A stretch of DNA of 63,074 nucleotides, the filler included, from Octopus bimaculoides (taxonomy: Eukaryota), in assembly GCF_001194135.2 (NCBI RefSeq). It is 5 parts of 5 records of this genome, joined end to end, with 100 filler letters (N's around TTAATTAATTAA, not from the genome) between each part and the next. Parts side by side here need not be neighbours in the genome. Positions count along the whole stretch, not along the records: positions 61,462 to 63,074 come from NW_026390380.1; 4 more parts are not named here. One strand, 5' to 3'. Below are positions 61,462 through 63,074 of this stretch, one piece after another. Below the pieces are notes generated by a model. The model saw nothing but the letters and a program-made list of their open reading frames with translations, made no database searches and was not told the origin of the DNA. Made by a program: the position numbers and the translations under genes. The first letter of the stretch is position 1, and each line of letters opens with the position of its first letter.

Positions 61462-61585
61462 TGTAAAGGACTACTGCAATACGAGTGTGAATCTAAGCGG
61501 GTAATATGTTGAATAAAATCATGATTAACTGAGCCTCGTGTATTTTCTTTTACCCAAAGCCAGGAACTTTTAAGCACCCCTTGTA
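61462..61585 (+). mobile_element. Right end of a mariner-derived element (left part lost in gap)
   Basis: Transposase-like end (...VNLSG*YVE*) followed by TIR CCAGGAACTTTTAAGCACCCCTTGTA. Confidence 0.6.
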
Positions 61586-61599
61586 GTTGGCCTAGGCAG

Positions 61600-61685
61600 G
61601 ATTTCAACCCGGAACGCAAAACGTCGATAGAAATAACGTAAAGCATTTTATTCAACGCGCTAACGATTCTGTCAACACACCGTCC
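61600..61685 (-). mobile_element. SINE family A head fragment
   Basis: AAGCATTTTATTCAACGCGCTAACGATTCTGTCAAC resembles the reverse complement of the family A head. Confidence 0.55.
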
Positions 61686-61902
61686 ACATAATTACATGGG
61701 TTCATTCATTTTGATGACAATGAGGAAGATTTGGCTGCTATTTCTATTCTCACTGGTCAATTGACTTATTAAGTACCCACACCCACATACAGACACCATT
61801 AGCTCGGCATCACATCAGAGACAGTTAAAAGTGGCAGTTAAAAAGAAAAAAAGTAAAACCAGTCAGGCGTGACGAAAAAAAATTTGACATTTAAAGATTG
61901 CC

Positions 61903-62115
61903 CACTACTACTACTACTACTACTACTACTAACACTACTACCGCTACTACAACTATTACTACTACTACTACTACTACAGTTGCTACTGTTACTACTGCGA
62001 CTGCGACTACTACTGCTACTACAACTACTACCACTACTACTATAACTACTACTACTTCTTCAACTACTACTACAACTACAATTGCTGCAGCTACTACTGC
62101 TGCTGCTTTCACTTC
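61903..62115. repeat. Degenerate (TAC/TGC)n trinucleotide tract
   Basis: Read directly from the sequence. Confidence 0.95.
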
Positions 62116-62400
62116 TGCTGCTGCTGAACAGCGAATGCCAATCACGCATATAAGAATGTTGCCATAGGAACAGCATGTAAAAAAATATATACCAGTGTAA
62201 TCTGATAGAGGAATAACACACACACACACCATCACGACCACCACCAACAACATACCATACAGAAACACACAACAGATATACAAACGTACCTTGAACAGAC
62301 AAACACACCAGCATGCACAAACATATCACACACATCACGTCTCACATATCAAACCTTACTTCTCAGAAAAACCGAAAAGTTAGGATACATTACAATGTGT

Positions 62401-62439
<39 letters not shown>

Positions 62440-62539
62440 ATTTAGCTCGACGTCACGACAAAGATAGGTGGGAGAGGCAGTTGAAAAAAAAAAACTAAAC
62501 CAGCCAGGCGTGACGAAAAAAAATTGACATTTTTAAGGT

Positions 62540-62860
62540 TAAAATGACCATAAGATTTATACCTGGAAAGTTACTCTTCGAGGCACAAGTTCGGCCAAGG
62601 TAGTTTATGGAAGACAAGCAGTCGCCCATACATACCAGCCTCCCCTCTCCACGTCACTGGCAAAGGCTGACACAGCTCGGCACCAATGACATCGCAGTTC
62701 ATTTCTACAGCTGAGTGAACTGGAGCAACATGAAATAGTGTCTTGCTCAAGAACACAATACAGCCCGATCCAGGAAGTGAACTCACAAAGACCCCCTTTG
62801 GTCATGAGGCACAAGTTCGGCCGAGGTTCTTAATGGAAGACCAGCAGTCGCCCATGCCAA
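62540..62860 (-). mobile_element. SINE family D with a third tail type, plus a second nested tail fragment
   Basis: Core at 62700-62760. The tail word GAGGCACAAGTTCGGCC...ATGGAAGAC.AGCAGTCGCCCAT occurs twice (62581 and 62806). Confidence 0.75.
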
Positions 62861-62864
62861 AAAA

Positions 62865-62990
62865 AAAAGACCGATTGAATAAGTACTAGGCTTACAAAGA
62901 ATAAGTCCTGGAGTCGATTTGCTCGACTAAAGGCGGTGCATGACCACAGTCAAATGACTGCAGCAAGTAAAAAAATAAAAGAATATCTAA
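62865..62990 (+). mobile_element. SINE family B tail fragment
   Basis: AATAAGTACTAGGCTTACAAAGAATAAGTCCTGG...CGACTAAAGGCGGTGC. Confidence 0.85.
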
Positions 62991-63044
62991 AAGTTCGATA
63001 AGCTGAAAAAAGTTGTTTTATAGTTCGTGGTTAGCAGCTGTAGA

Positions 63045-63074
63045 GACACAATGGCCCAGTGGTTAGGGCATCGG
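63045..63074 (+). mobile_element. Start of a tRNA-derived SINE head, cut by the window end
   Basis: CAATGGCCCAGTGGTTAGGGCA is an A-box-like head. Confidence 0.5.

Overview
AT-rich eukaryotic draft scaffold with more than 20 N-gaps and four artificial TTAATTAATTAA gap linkers. It is dominated by microsatellites and decayed transposons. The SINE families and the (TA)/(CA)/(TATG)/(GATA) landscape look like an octopus (coleoid cephalopod) genome, which is an inference from recalled repeat families and was not verified. No complete protein-coding gene can be recognised. There is one CpG-rich promoter with a probable first exon (about 51.9-52.15 kb, + strand) and a few low-confidence candidate exons. 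Retroelement relics come from at least five groups: Penelope-like (PLE), CRE-like, R4/Dong (two copies), Tx1/L1 (two pieces) and CR1. DNA transposon relics include mariner, Tc1/maT, piggyBac-like and hAT-like MITEs, and an unclassified TIR element. Four tRNA-headed SINE families show modular tail swapping. The most interesting signals are minimal hammerhead-ribozyme motifs of the PLE type. One sits in the tail of a tRNA-derived SINE that inserted with a twin-priming-like inversion and a 9-bp TSD (17314-17662). Another has a 91-nt loop-II insertion (7825-7960). Almost all long ORFs in the supplied track are artefacts of microsatellites or N runs.
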